Below are positions 11,762-24,778 of a DNA stretch of 53,571 nt, in pieces. Position 1 is the stretch's first letter, and every line of letters begins with the position of its first letter. A program made the translations under genes and the position numbers. The notes beneath the pieces are model-generated. The model was given only the letters and a program-made list of their open reading frames with translations. It did no database searches and was not told the DNA's origin. The stretch comes from Malacoraja senta (Eukaryota): positions 1-53,571 of the forward strand of contig JAXLNO010000233.1 in NCBI GenBank assembly GCA_038087875.1, in the 5' to 3' direction.

Positions 11762-14118
11762 TTGAGTAATGAGGAAGGGTTAGTTAGCAGACTTATTGTG
11801 CGTGCCCCCTTGGGCAAGAGTGACCATAATATGGTTGAGTTCTTCATTAGGATGGAGAGTGACATTGTTAATTCAGAAACAACGGTTCTGAACTTAAAGA
11901 AAGGTAACTTTGAGGGTATGAGACGTGAATTGGCCAAGATTGACTGGCAATTAGTTCTAAAAGGGTTGACGGTGGATATGCAATGGAAGGCATTTAAAGA
12001 CTGCATGGATGAACTACAAAAAATGTTCATCCCAGTTTGGCAAAAGAATAAATCAGGGAAGGTAGTGCATCCGTGGATAACAAGGGAAATCAGGGATAGT
12101 ATCAAAGCAAAAGATGTTGCGTACAAATTAGCCAGAAAAAGCAGCATACCAGAGGACTGGGAGAAATTCAGAGACCAGCAGAGGAGGACAAAGGGCTTAA
12201 TTAGGAAAGGGAAAATAGATTATGAAAGGAAACTGGCAGGGAACATAAAAACTGACTGCAAAAGTTTTTATAGATATGTGAAGAGAAAGAGATTAGTTAA
12301 AACAAATGTAGGTCCCTTGCAGTCAGAAACAGGTGAATTGATCATGGGGAACAAGGTTATGGTGGACCAATTGAATAACTACTTTGGTTCCGTCTTCACT
12401 AAGGAAGACATAAATAATCTGCCGGAAATAGCAGGGGGCCGCGGGTCAAAGGAGATGGAGGAACTGAGTGATATCCAGGTTAGTCGGGAAGTGGTGTTGG
12501 GTAAATTGAATGGATTAAAGGCCGATAAATCACCAGGGCCAGATAGGCTGCATCCCAGAGTACTTAAGGAAGTAGCTCCAGAAATAGTGGATGCATTAGT
12601 GATAATTTTTCAAAATTCTTTAGATTCTGGAGTAGTTCCTGAGGATTGGAGGGTTGCAAACGTAACCCCACTTTTTAAGAAGGGAGGGAGAGAGAAAACG
12701 GGGAATTACAGACCAGTTAGTCTAACATCGGTAGTGGGGAAACTGCTAGAGTCAGTTATTAAAGATAGGATAGCAGCACATTTGGAAAGTGGTAAAATCA
12801 TTGGACAAAGTCAGCATGGATTTACGAAAGGTAAATCGTGTCTGACGAATCTTATAGAATTTTTCGAGGATGTAACTAGTAGAGTGGATAGGGGAGAACC
12901 AGTGGATGTGTTGTATCTGGACTTTCAGAAGGCTTTCGACAAGGTACCACATAAGAGATTAGGATACAAGCTTAAATCACACGGTATTGGGGGTTCAGTA
13001 TTGATGTGGATAGAGAACTGGCTGGCAAACAGGAAGCAAAGAGTAGGAGTAAACGGGTCCTTTTCACAATGGCAGGCAGTGACTAGTGGGGTACCGCAAG
13101 GCTCAGTGCTGGGACCCCAGCTATTTACAATTTATATTAATGATCTGGACGAGGGAATTGAAAGCAACATCTCCAAGTTTGCGGATGACACTAAGCTGGG
13201 GGGCAGTGTTAGCTGTGAGGAGGATGCTAGGAGACTGCAAGGTGACTTGGATAGGCTGGGTGAGTGGGCAAATGTTTGGCAGATGCAGTATAATGTGGAT
13301 AAATGTGAGGTTATCCACTTTGGTGGCAAAAACGGGAAGGCAGACTATTATCTAAATGGTGGCCGATTAGGAAATGGGGAGGTGCAGCGAGACCTGGGTG
13401 TCATGGTACACCAGTCATTGAAAGTAGGCATGCAGGTGCAGCAGGCAGTGAAGAAAGCGAATGGTATGTTGGCCTTCATAGCAAGAGGATTTGAGTATAG
13501 GAGCAGGGAGGTTCTACTGCAGTTGTACAGGGTCTTGGTGAGACCACACCTGGAGTATTGCGTGGAGTTTTGGTCTCCAAATCTGAGGAAGGACATTATA
13601 GCCATAGAGGGAGTGCAGAGAAGGTTCACCAGACTGATTCCTGGGATGTCAGGACTTTCATATGAAGAAAGACTGGATAGACTTGGCTTATACTCGCTAG
13701 AATTTAGGAGATTGAGAGGGGATCTTATAGAAACGTACAAAATTCTTATGGGGTTGGACAGGCTAGATGCAGGAAGATTGTTCCCGATGTTGGGGAAGTC
13801 CAGGACAAGGGGTCACAGCTTAAGGATAAGGGGGAAATCCTTTAAGACCGAGATGAGGAAAAACTTTTTCACACAGAGAGTGGTGAATCTCTGGAACTCT
13901 CTGCCACAGAGGGTAGTTGAGGCCCGTTCATTGGCTATATTTAAGAGGGAGTTAGATGTGGCCCTTGTGGCTAAAGGGATCAGGGGGTATGGAGAGAATG
14001 CAGGTACGGGATACTGAGTTGGATGATCAGCCATGATCATATTGAATGGCGGTGCAGGCTCGAAGGGCCGAATGGCCTACTCCTGCACCTATTTTCTATG
14101 TATCTATGTATCTATGTA
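11762..14118 (+). mobile_element. Young CR1 LINE, 5'-truncated, open RT-containing frame (751 codons)
   Basis: KSPGPD, YLDFQKAFDKVPH, GVPQGSVLGP, FADD motifs; (tatctatg)n tail; possible TAATT duplication. Confidence 0.95.
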
Positions 14119-14633
14119 TAATTACTGCTGGGGCTGGTGTTTCTCTTTATTTAATAGAAATGTGGATTGAATAAAATAACAGAAATTCCAAATTACTGAA
14201 TGCAGAATTTGCCATACTCAATACTAAACGATCAGTCTACTATGAACATTACTTTTCCATAGCTACCTCTTTAATAGATCAGAGACAAAAACAAGTTTTA
14301 ACAGTTTTAAGAAGTATTTAACCACAAGAATTCTGGAAGAGCATGCCTGAGATTATTTGCCCACAGTGTTCCACAGTACGAACTGCTATTCTTATTCTAG
14401 TAGTACATTTAAAAATGATTTCCTTGCCACTTGAAATTAAAGTACTGATGCCTGCAAAAAAATATTTAGCAATTTTATTAACAATTTTTGTCATTCTAAA
14501 CGCCAGAAATATGTTTGCTGCAAAGCTGTAGACAAATCTTTCATCACAGGCTAGTTTTAATCCATTATACTGACCTACATATTAAACAATTGGCATTCAG
14601 AAAGAAGATGGATGGAAAACCTGGATCTGGATT

Positions 14634-15806
14634 ACATAGACACATAGAAAATAGGTGCAGGAGTAGGCCATTCGGCCCTTCGAGCTTGCACCGCCATTCG
14701 ATATGATCATGGCTGATCATCCAACTCAGTATCCCATCCCTGCCTTCTCTCCATACCCCCTGATCCCTTTAGCCACGGGCCACATCTAACTCCCTCTTAA
14801 ATATAGCCAATGAACTGGCCTCAACTACCTTCTGTGGCAGAGAATTCCACAGATTCACCACTCTCTGTGTAAAAAATGATTTTCTCATCTCGGTCCTAAA
14901 AGACTTCCCTCTTATCCTTAAACTGTGACCCCTAGTTCTGGACTTCCCCAACATCGGGAATAATCTTCCTGCATCTAGCCTGTCCAACCCCTTAAGAATT
15001 TTGTAAGTTTCTATAAGATCCCCCCTCAATCTTCTAAATTCTAGCGTGTACAAGCCGAGTCTATCCAGTCTTTCTTCATATGAAAGTCCTGCCATCCCAG
15101 GAATCAGTCTGGTGAACCTTCTCTGTACTCCCTCTATGGCAAGAATGTCTTTCCTCAGATTAGGAGACCAAAACTGTATGCAATACTCCAGGTGTGGTCT
15201 CACCAAGACCCTGTACAACTGCAGTAGAACCTCCCTGCTCTTATACTCAAATCCTTTTGCTATGAATGCTAACATACCATTTGCTTTCTTCACTGCCTGC
15301 TGCACCTGCATGCCTACTTTCAATGACTGGTGTACCATGACACCCAGGTCTCGTTGCATCTCCCCTTTTCCTAATCGGCCACCATTCAGATAATAGTCTA
15401 CTTTCCTGTTTTTGCCACCAAAGTGGATAACCTCACATTTATCCACATTATACTGCATCTGCCATGCATTTGCCCACTCACCCAACCTATCCAAGTCACC
15501 TTGCAGCCTCCTAGCATCCTCCTCACAGCTAACACTGCCCCCCAGCTTTGTGTCATCCGCAAACTTGGAGATGTTGCATTCAATTCCCTCATCCAGATCA
15601 TTAATATATATTGTAAATAGCTGGGGTCCCAGCACTGAGCCTTGCGGTACCCCACTAGTCACTGCCTGCTATTCTGAAAAGGACCCGTTTACTCCTACTC
15701 TTTGCTTCCTGTCTGCCAGCCAGTTCTCTATCCACATCAATACTGAACCCCTAATACCGTGTGCTTTAAGTTTGCATACTAATCTCTTATGTGGGACCTT
15801 GTCGAA
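14634..15806 (-). mobile_element. CR1 LINE 3' part, related subfamily
   Basis: ORF 14769-15662 nearly identical to the C-terminal part of the 11762 ORF; 3' UTR and tail at 14634-14720. Confidence 0.95.
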
Positions 15807-16940
15807 CATAATTTAAAATATTTTTCCAATCCCAAAGTAAAAAAGTGAACGGAACAAAAAACAAAATTCTAGCTATGTCAGAATTTAAGTTTTTTTTCGC
15901 CTTTCCTGAATCACACATACCTCACAAATCCCCACCAAGAAAATATATTAATAACTGCCCATTAACTCTTTAAAAAGTTTTACTTCCTGATGATTAAAAT
16001 CCATCTCTTTTACAACTAAAGCCCCAAAAACAATTCAAATCAACACTCCACCCTTCTCCTCACAAGAATTCAGTCCGTCTACAAAAAAGCATCCTCCTCA
16101 AAAATGATTGTAACAATGATGCAATCTTGTCTGACCTTGGCACCTTTCCCCTCCTCGAATAAAACTTCACAGCACACATTTTACTTGTGTTTAGTCACAT
16201 GTTTCTTCTGCAGTTTCTGCTTACGCTAGGACCTTACATTAATGCGAAGAAAATTTTCTACTTTAATTTGAAACCCTCCTCATACGATCAGTCTGTGCTT
16301 CAATCAGAGTGGAATCCCTCTCTTTTAACAAATCTCACCCATCCCCACCACTAAGCCTAATCCAATAAGTACATTATCTTTTTCCACTACCACAAACTTC
16401 ATTATTGCAACTGATTCTTATTCCTCATTAACCAATATTTTAAGTGAAAATTGTGATTCGTTTTGAATCCCAAGCAAAGTACCCTATATTCTACTACCTG
16501 TGATTCATCCATCACTCTTCATCCACCACCATGACATTACCCCAGTTACCTTCACATTTGTACTCGCTAATCTATACTTGCTATCTGTACACCAACAACT
16601 TGACTTAAAATGTGGAGTATCATGTTCAAAGCTCCTCATGGTTTCCCCCCCCCCCCCCCCTCTCTATTACTAATCTTCTCCAGACGGAGAACACTGGTTT
16701 TCCAACTCAAGTTTTAGGTATTCTCTTACTCCCTTTACCGCCTCACTTGAAACTATACTTTTCACTATCTTGATCCCAACACTCTACGAATTTCTTCTCT
16801 AAGCCTTCTTAACTTCTCTCTGAGCAAGCTTTGAACTGCCTCAAATTACGTCATTTGGCAGATGGATAATTACACATCAGCAAACTGCTTTGGGATGTCT
16901 ACCCACATTCAAAACATAATATCCATGTTAGAGTCTTATA

Positions 16941-18085
16941 CAGTGCCCTCCATAATGTTTGGGACAAAGACCCATCATTTATTTATTTGCCTCGCTACTC
17001 CGCAATTTGAGATTTGTAATAAAAAAAATCACATGTGGTTAAAGTGCACATTATCAGATTTTATTAAAGGATATTTTTATACATTTTGGTTTCACCATGT
17101 AGAAATTACAGCTGTGTTTATACATGGTGTCGTCCCCCCCCCCACCCCCCCCCACCCCACATTTCAGGGCACCATAATGTTTGTGACAAATGGCTTCATA
17201 GGCGTTTGTAATTGCTCAGGTGTTTAATTGCCTCCTTAATGCAGGTATAAGAGAGCTCTCAGCACCTAGTCTTTCCATGACCTTTGGAAACTTTTATTGC
17301 TGTTTATCAACATGAGGACCAAAGTTGTGCCAATGACTAGCCCCCGAAACAAGTATAAGCTAAAGATGGCTGCAATACAGGCCTGGCAGAGCATCACCAG
17401 AGAAGACACCCAGCAACTGGGGTTATGGTCCCAACCACGGGTGAACAATGGAGAACTGACTGTACTTTGTGCCTTCCACCACAGTGAAGAATGCTGTGGT
17501 GGATGTTTGTGTTAAATTGTATTGTGTGTTCTTTTTTTATTGTACCGCTGCTGGCAAATTAATTTCACTGCACTTATATGTGCATGTGATGAATACAACT
17601 GATTGATTGATTGATGATGTCCATGAATGGCAGACTTCAAGCAGTCATTGCATGCAAAGGATATGCCACAAAATATTAAACATGACTACTTTCATTTACA
17701 TGACATTGCTGTCCCAAACATTATGGTGCCCTGAAATGGGGGGACTACGTATAAACACTGCTGTAATTTCTACATGGTGAAACCAAAATGTATACAAATA
17801 GCCTTTATTAAAATCTGACAATGTGCACTTTAACCTATTTTTTTCTATTATAAATCTCAAATTGTGGAGTACAGAAGCAAATAGATAAATTATGGGTCTG
17901 TAAATAAATAAAGTCTGAAGAAGCGTTTCGGCCCGAAACGTTGCCTATTTCCTTGCTCCATAGATGCTGCTGCACCCGCTGAGTTTCTCCAGCACTTTTG
18001 TCTACCTTCGATTTTCCAGCATCTGCAGTTCCTTCTTAAACAAATAAATTATGGGTCTTTGTCCCAAACATTATGGAGGGCACTG
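16941..18085 (+). mobile_element. Tc1-like transposon deletion derivative (IR/DR type)
   Basis: TA/CAGTGCCCTCCATAATGTTTGGGACAAAGACCC termini inverted at both ends; C-terminal transposase remnant (AWQSITRE...RLQAVIACKGYATKY); two retroelement inserts. Confidence 0.88.
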
Positions 18086-18187
18086 TATAACCTAACCACA
18101 CCTTAGATACAGAATTAAATTTGTTACTAAGGAACATACAAGTGATATTCAACGGGATCACCAAACTAGGATTTCCATAGATTTATC

Positions 18188-18417
18188 GTGTGAGAACGAA
18201 CTGCAGATGCTGGTTTAAACCGAAGATAGACACAAAAAGCTGGAGTAACTCAGCAGGACAGGCAGCATCTCTGGAGAGAAGGAATGGGTGACGCCTTGGA
18301 TCGGGACCCTTCCCTTCTTCAGACCCGAAATGTCACCCATTCCTTCGCTCCAGAGATGCTGCCCAAAGATCTTTGATGCTGCCTGTCCGGCTGAGTTACT
18401 CCAGCTTTTTGTGTCTA
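18188..18417. mobile_element. Penelope-derived hairpin with 14-bp TSD
   Basis: TCCATAGATTTATC duplicated at 18174-18187 and 18418-18431; inverted arms. Confidence 0.78.
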
Positions 18418-18544
18418 TCCATAGATTTATCACTGGACTTGAGGGCATAATAAACCAGCTCTTCAGGTTTGAGAGACCCCACCCACCCAAAAAAAAGCTA
18501 TGATATCCAGGCCTGAATGAAGAAAACATTCGGCATTAAATCTT

Positions 18545-19380
18545 GCTCACGAGGATACGTTTCGCAATTTATGCCTGACGAGAACCTCTCGCTGCGTTAC
18601 GTCTCCGACGGAGTTTGTTCCTCCCCTTCTTCGAGGCCGTTTCTCGACGCACTGCTCGGGTCCCTCCCTTTCTGTGAAGCGATTCACCGCAATCAGCTCC
18701 GGCTCATGACAAAAACAAACTCGTCGGAGTGGGCAGCTCTTCAATCCGAGGTAAGTCAACAAAGTTACTATACTTATAAAATATTATGTCCCGAGTTTAA
18801 TACCAGAGAGTGAACTGTCATCCCCATTTAATCTAATATTATTATTAATGTCATGGTTCCTGCATTCGTGTAATTTTAAACAGAAACACAGATTTACGTA
18901 CTATTTTGCCGTCTATATAAAAAGTTTCCGACTTCACAGATGGAGTGTCAAAGTCACAGCGCCGAAACAGGCAGACGGTCGGGTCAGCATCTGATCAGCT
19001 TGGAGGATCTGGATTCAATGACCGAGAATATGGACACGGAGTTGGTTCACAACGACAACGGGGAAGAGGAAAACGAGCAAGATGAGAGCGAACTCTTTAC
19101 GTACTGGCGAGACGTCGGCCGTCGTCACCTGGTAGATGTGCCAAGAGGTAAGTATATTATAATGCTGAAGACAACAGCTGTTGGTTATCCGCGTCTCAAT
19201 CGGGAATGGAATGGTTATTACAAAAATGTCTCTCCTTTCTCTCGCCTTAGTGGCTGTTAATCACACGAAACATTTCCGTGTATTGCTTCGTACAATCAAC
19301 ATTAAATTGGTCGCCTGTATCCAAAACAACGTTGTAGTAAATAGCTACTTTGCCCCCAACGTAACATTCTCATAAAAGGT
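18545..19380 (+). promoter_or_regulatory. CpG-rich island over the soul4-like 5' end
   Basis: Dense CG dinucleotides in non-repeat sequence against a CpG-poor background; donor GAG/gtaagt at 18750 and TATATAAAAAG at 18914. Confidence 0.6.
18940..19147 (+). CDS. soul4: SOUL heme-binding family protein (soul4-like), coding exon 1
   Basis: MECQSH...LISLEDLD...acidic stretch...LFTYWRDVGRRHLVDVPR resembles the teleost soul4 N-terminus; donor AG/gtaagt, phase 1. Confidence 0.85.
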
Positions 19381-19899
19381 AATAGTTCTTTTAATCGCCT
19401 TTCCCAAACATTGTGTGTTTACTAAGATTGGAAAACATTTTGAAATAAAATGTGCTTTCATTTCAATTAGACCTTATTCCAAATCAAGAAAATTACCATT
19501 TTACAATCCCTTCTATGAAAAATTAAACCACGTTAGTAAATGAATTCTGTGCAAAACAAAAGCAACTTTAAATTTCTATATCCTCCCCCCCCCCCCCCCG
19601 GTTTCCCCCATGTTGTTGCGGATCTTACGCCAGCAATACCCTTTTTTCTACCTTAGTGTTTGATGGTGATGAACCCCCACTAACGTTTTGGTGAACTGGA
19701 TTTGTTTGTCACTCATTACAAAAAAAAATGAAACGTTTTGGAGAGAAACGCTGCTGACTCAAACGTGGCATCAATTTAATATAAAGCCAAAATAGACACA
19801 GAGAGCTGGAGTAACTCAGCGGGAGAGAAGGAATGGGTGACGTTTCGGGTCAAGACCCTTCTGCCAATTGGGTTTGAAACAAAAAAAATTAACATTGAC

Positions 19900-21430
19900 C
19901 AGTAATAAAGCTACGCTCTGGAAGGGTATCAGAAGATTGGAAACCAGCCAATAATACTCCCTTGTGCAAAAAAGGAGAAAGGCAGAAAACTAGAAGCCAG
20001 TTAAACAGTTGTTATTTGCAAGACGCTGGATTCAATAATAACAGAAAATCATTTTTTGAAAACTGAACGTAATTAAACTTGCTCCACATTGTTTTTTGAA
20101 AGGTAAATCATGTTTGGTAAATTTGCTCAAGTTCTTTGAGGATGTAACAATGCAAGTTGACAGATGAACCTGTGGATATAGTCTATTTAGAATTCCAAGA
20201 GTGTTTAATGCTGTGCCACATCGACTTTTGGTACGTGAATTAAACGCCCATGGAAGTGTGTTAGAATGGCTTGAAATCTGGCTGTCTTATCAAACAGTTT
20301 TAATACACCAGTCATTTTCAGACTGAAAGGGGGTAACTTATGGAGCACCAAGGGGATAATTTCTTGGCCTGCAATTGTTCACTATTTACATTAATAACCC
20401 GGAGAAAGGAATATGCAAGATTTTCAAATTTGTCAATGATGCAAAAATAGGTGAAAGGGAATGATCTAATAAGTGGTTCTGCAACAAGGTATTGATAAAT
20501 TGTTACGGTTGGCAAAAGATCAGTAAACAGAATTTAATGTGGGGAAGTGCACGTTTTACACTTCAGAAAAAGAAGTCAAATGGCAGTTTATCTAAGTGAA
20601 GTGACTGTACGTGTGTGATGTACAGCAGGATATAGGTGTTTTAGTGCAAAGGTCCACGGGCCATATCCGGCCCGCAGCAAGCTCAGCGCAGGACAGAGCA
20701 TATGTCAGTTAGGTGCCGAGTCGCTTCGAGTCGGGGAGCACGGCGGCCCGGAGCTGCTCTTAGTGTTGGTACCACGTAGGTCCCTCAAATTGTCAGAGCC
20801 GAGACATCACAGGGTGCAATGATTGGGTGGGGGGAGGTTGTTCGGCGGCAGCGGTCAGAATGGGTCGGCGGCGCGTTATAAAGTACGATCGTCCCTCTCT
20901 CTGCCCCATCTCTCTCCCTGCCCTCTCCCCTCTCCCTGTAGATTAATCTCATTATAAAACACTCCCCCCTCTCCTCTCTCTCTCTGCCTGCCCTCTCTAT
21001 CCCTCTCGCTCTGCCCCCTCTCTCTGCCACGCTCTCTCTCCTCTGTCTCTGCCCTCTCACTGTCTCTGCCCCCTCTCTGCCTGCCCCCTCTCTCTCTCTC
21101 TCTCTGCCCTCTCTCTCATTACATTGATAAAACTGACATTTCTTAGTTTTTTCCTATGGCCCGCAAAAATGTGCCAAATATATAATGTAGCCCTCATGCT
21201 GAAAAGTTTGGAAGCCCTTGTTCTAGTGCATGAATCACAAAAAGCTAAAACTGAGATACGTAGGAAATGTATTCACGCAAAGAGCAGTGAATCTCTAGAA
21301 TTCACTGCCCCAGCAGGTTGGGTAATCTGGATCATTGGAAGTATTTGAAGTGCAGGTGGATATTTAATAGGGCAAAAAACAGTTGGGTATGCAGAAATTG
21401 GCATGTAAAACAAGCTGAGTCAGCATAAGG
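19900..21430 (+). mobile_element. Ancient CR1 RT remnant interrupted by a MITE
   Basis: Degenerate aggtaaatcatgtttg..ttctttgaggatgtaac..gtggatatagtctatttagaattcca matches CR1 RT. Confidence 0.6.
20647..21220. mobile_element. hAT/Charlie-like MITE with internal (CT)-rich tract
   Basis: Right end aaaagtttggaagcccttg, ggcccg subterminal motifs, 8-bp TSD TTTTAGTG/TTCTAGTG (7/8); left TIR damaged. Confidence 0.6.
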
Positions 21431-22257
21431 TGAAGCAGGCATGTCCCATTCCCAGTAAAAAAGACACAAAATGCTGGAATAACTCAGTGGGTCAAGCATC
21501 ATTTCTGGCAAATATGGATAGGTGGTATTTCAGGTCAGCACCCTTCTTCAGACGGTACTATCCTGACACAAAATTCACCAAGCCATGTGCTCCTTTTATC
21601 CAGAGATGCTGCCTGACCCGCAGTTACTCCAGACAATTGTCTTTTATTGGAAACCAGCTTCTGCAGTTCCTTGTTTCTTCCTATTTTTGTGTTGTGTAAA
21701 AATGCAATGTGTGAAATATTGCTTTTTAAATCCAAAATAAGTAAAATATGAAGATTGTGGATTTGCTAATTAAACTAATGTTATATTAATGGTGTCAGGG
21801 AAATTAAAATGATTGATCATGACAGGATGACAAAACCCATATTTATTTGCTTCTTTCTTGGAATTGATGAAAATACACTGTAAATTACTGGCTCACTAAT
21901 TAGAACAAATTTGAAAATCACTGCAATGGATCCAGGAATTCACAAAATGGATCCAGACAATCACAAACGTTAAACACTCCAGGCGAGATTGAAAAATCAA
22001 ACAGAATTAGACTTTTTGTACAACTTTACAGGGAAAGCCATCATAAAATAAACCACTCCCTTACAAATCAAAGCAAACTACAGTGGATGATTCAAAAATA
22101 AGAACACCTGCTGCATAAACAAGTATAATTACATTTTTAAAGTAATATATTCTCCAAAACCTTAAGTGTTAGCATATGGAGATACTTAGCAGCCCAGTTT
22201 CAAAGTTGCTTATAGTTAATCGATTCAAAACAATAGTTCCCGTCTAAAAATAGTAAC

Positions 22258-23799
22258 TGTAAATCACTTCAGACTGTATAAGATTTAATCACATCTTTAA
22301 TCAGCACAGTAACTTGGCAGCATTACAAAATGAGGTGTTGTCAGTACATCCTAGCTGCTTCAACTAACGGTGCAGGGAATGGGCGTTAGTATAAATGTTA
22401 TAATGGGGTGGAGTTAGTGATGCTGGCTAAGTGTGATTGATTCACATGCATCATCAATCTACATCCTTCCCCCTAAAGATTAAATGTGGAAAGGAAGTGT
22501 ATTAAACATACTCGCCATACCTGTCTGGTGGTCTACTAACACGGCCCGAGCGCGTGCGGACCCAACCATCCCCTCCCTCCACTGAAGGATTAGGCGGAGA
22601 GGCTGAAGGCGAAAATCGCACGGGAGAGGATTGTGGTGACCGAGGGGGGAAACATGCGGTGGGTGTAACCCCGTGGTTAGTGGAGACCGAGGGACGTGGG
22701 GGGGTGCAAGGCATGCGGGGACGGGCGGGAGACATTGCGAAAGGTGGCTGGAACTGGAGCGGCGGAGCATAGGGATCAGCAGGCGGTGGTCGGGGCTCCT
22801 TCACAGCAAGCAGGTGTTGTCGACTTCTCCGGAAACAGCTCCCTCACATTCCACAAGGTACGATCGCGGCTCATCAGTCGGGCGTACAACAATGCCCAGA
22901 CGAGAATGTCCAGTTAAAGTTCGTAGACGGACGACCTGGCCCGGCAGTAGTGGCTGGAGTGGTCTGCTGGAACCGTCGTATGACCGTTTCTGGATGTCGT
23001 GCTTCTCTTGGAGACGTTGCTGGATAGTGGCGGGCTTCAACACCCAAGGGACCAGCTGCTGTTGTGCGATGGGGACCGGAGACCTCGTCACCCTCGACAG
23101 CAGCCGCTGTGCTGGTGACCCCAAGGTTCCGTCTCTTGCGATGTTTCTGAGATTCAGGAGATCGAGATAGAAGTCTGACTTTGAAATGCGCGCTCCCTCC
23201 AGCAAGTGCTTGGCGCTTCTGACAGCGTGTTCAGCGAGTCCATTACTCTGTGGATACTCGGGACTGCTTGTGACGTGCTGGAAGTTCCATCGGTCTGCGA
23301 AAAGCTTGAACAAGTGGCTGGTGAACTGTGGACTGTTGTCGGTTCTCAGAATGACAGGAGCGCCATAGGCTGAGAAGTGTCTTTTCAGCTTCTTGATGAC
23401 CATCTCAGACGTGAGGGAGGTCAGTTGGTCAAGTTCAAACCAGTTGGAAAATGAGTCGACCAGAATGAGGTAGTGCTTACCGCATCATTCGAAAATGTCC
23501 GCAGCCAGCGACGACCAAAGCAGTGCTGGTGGAGGTTGTTGCGGAAGGGAAAGGATGAAATCCGCCTGTGCATTAATCCCACTTCTGACACCATGTAAAT
23601 CACTTCAGACTGTATAAGATTTACACACATCTTTAATCAGCACAGTAACTTGGCAGCATTACAAAACGAGGTGTTGTCAGTACATCCTAGCTGCTTCAAC
23701 TAACGGTGCTGGGAATGGGCTTGAGTATAAATGTTATAATGGGGTGGAGTTAGTGATGCTGGTTAAGTGTGATTGATTCACATGCATCATCAATCTACA
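22258..23799 (-). mobile_element. Internally deleted Gypsy LTR retrotransposon
   Basis: 206-bp LTRs (22258-22463, 23594-23799) TG...CA; TSD GTAAC; PBS TGGTGTCAGAAGTGGGAT; PPT TTTAGGGGGAAGGA; integrase remnant (TDNSPQF, YPQSNGLAE). Confidence 0.93.
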
Positions 23800-24778
23800 G
23801 TAACCATGACTTTTGTTAGAAAATTTAAATTAAACTAAATATCAGGAACAAATATGTACAAGAATAAGATTTTTTAAATGATCAATTGGAATATGCCAAT
23901 TTGAGAAGCTATGTTATGCTTAGATAGAGAAAATTGAGATTCAAATCATGAGGGGTTTTGATAAAGAGTACTGTGTTCTCTCATCCTATTGTAATCATTG
24001 TTATCCAATTCCAACTACCACCCTCAACTCTTGTTTTTCTCCTACTGGACTGAATCCAATTTTCCCGTTTATTTAATTCTCCAATAACACATGTTTTAAA
24101 ATCCTGATGTATGTATAGCTGCTTTCAATTCTGCTTTACGTTTTTGCTACTTCATCTGTGAAAATTTTCCTTAGCACAAGATAACGTAGTCAGCCTTCAA
24201 GTAGCTAGACCAAATTCATCTTTTCATAGAATTCTTACTTAGATGTAAAAAGCATAATTATACCAATTTTTGCTGATTGCTGCATGTCTTTAAAATTATG
24301 AAGGTATTTAACAGGAATAACAAAGAAAACATTTCCAATAAGGAGACCACAAACCTAAAATCAAATATAAAAATTGTTGCTAAATTGAGAAACATCTTTG
24401 CCCAAGAATGAGTGATTATAAGATAGTTGGGCAATTACCAGTGATGCACTCAAAATAAATCAATTGTAGGACTCAAAGCAGAAAATCTTGTTTCTCTGTA
24501 TAACGTAATCAAGGTAGGCATCCTCTCTGTCATCTGTAATCATCCTCTCAGAATGGCACACCGTGCATTAAATAATAGTAACCCGACTTCCGGTGGCGCC
24601 ATGTTAGATTAACAGACGTGCACCTAGTTCCGCTCTCGAAAATTTTCACGTTTTTTCGTGTAAAAACGGGTCCATAAGTCGGGACTGGATTAAAAACCTT
24701 ACCGGAGCTTCTGGTCGCCGGGCTGATGACGTCATCAGTAAGCGCGATGTTTTAAAACGGTGGCTTAAAGACTTTTAA

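Noticed and set aside
20785..21060. Arg/Glu/Gly-rich ORF
   Set aside because: Translation of a (CT)-rich simple repeat inside a MITE
23575..23593. tRNA gene
   Set aside because: Only the 3' 19 nt including CCA, next to an LTR; it is a primer-binding site
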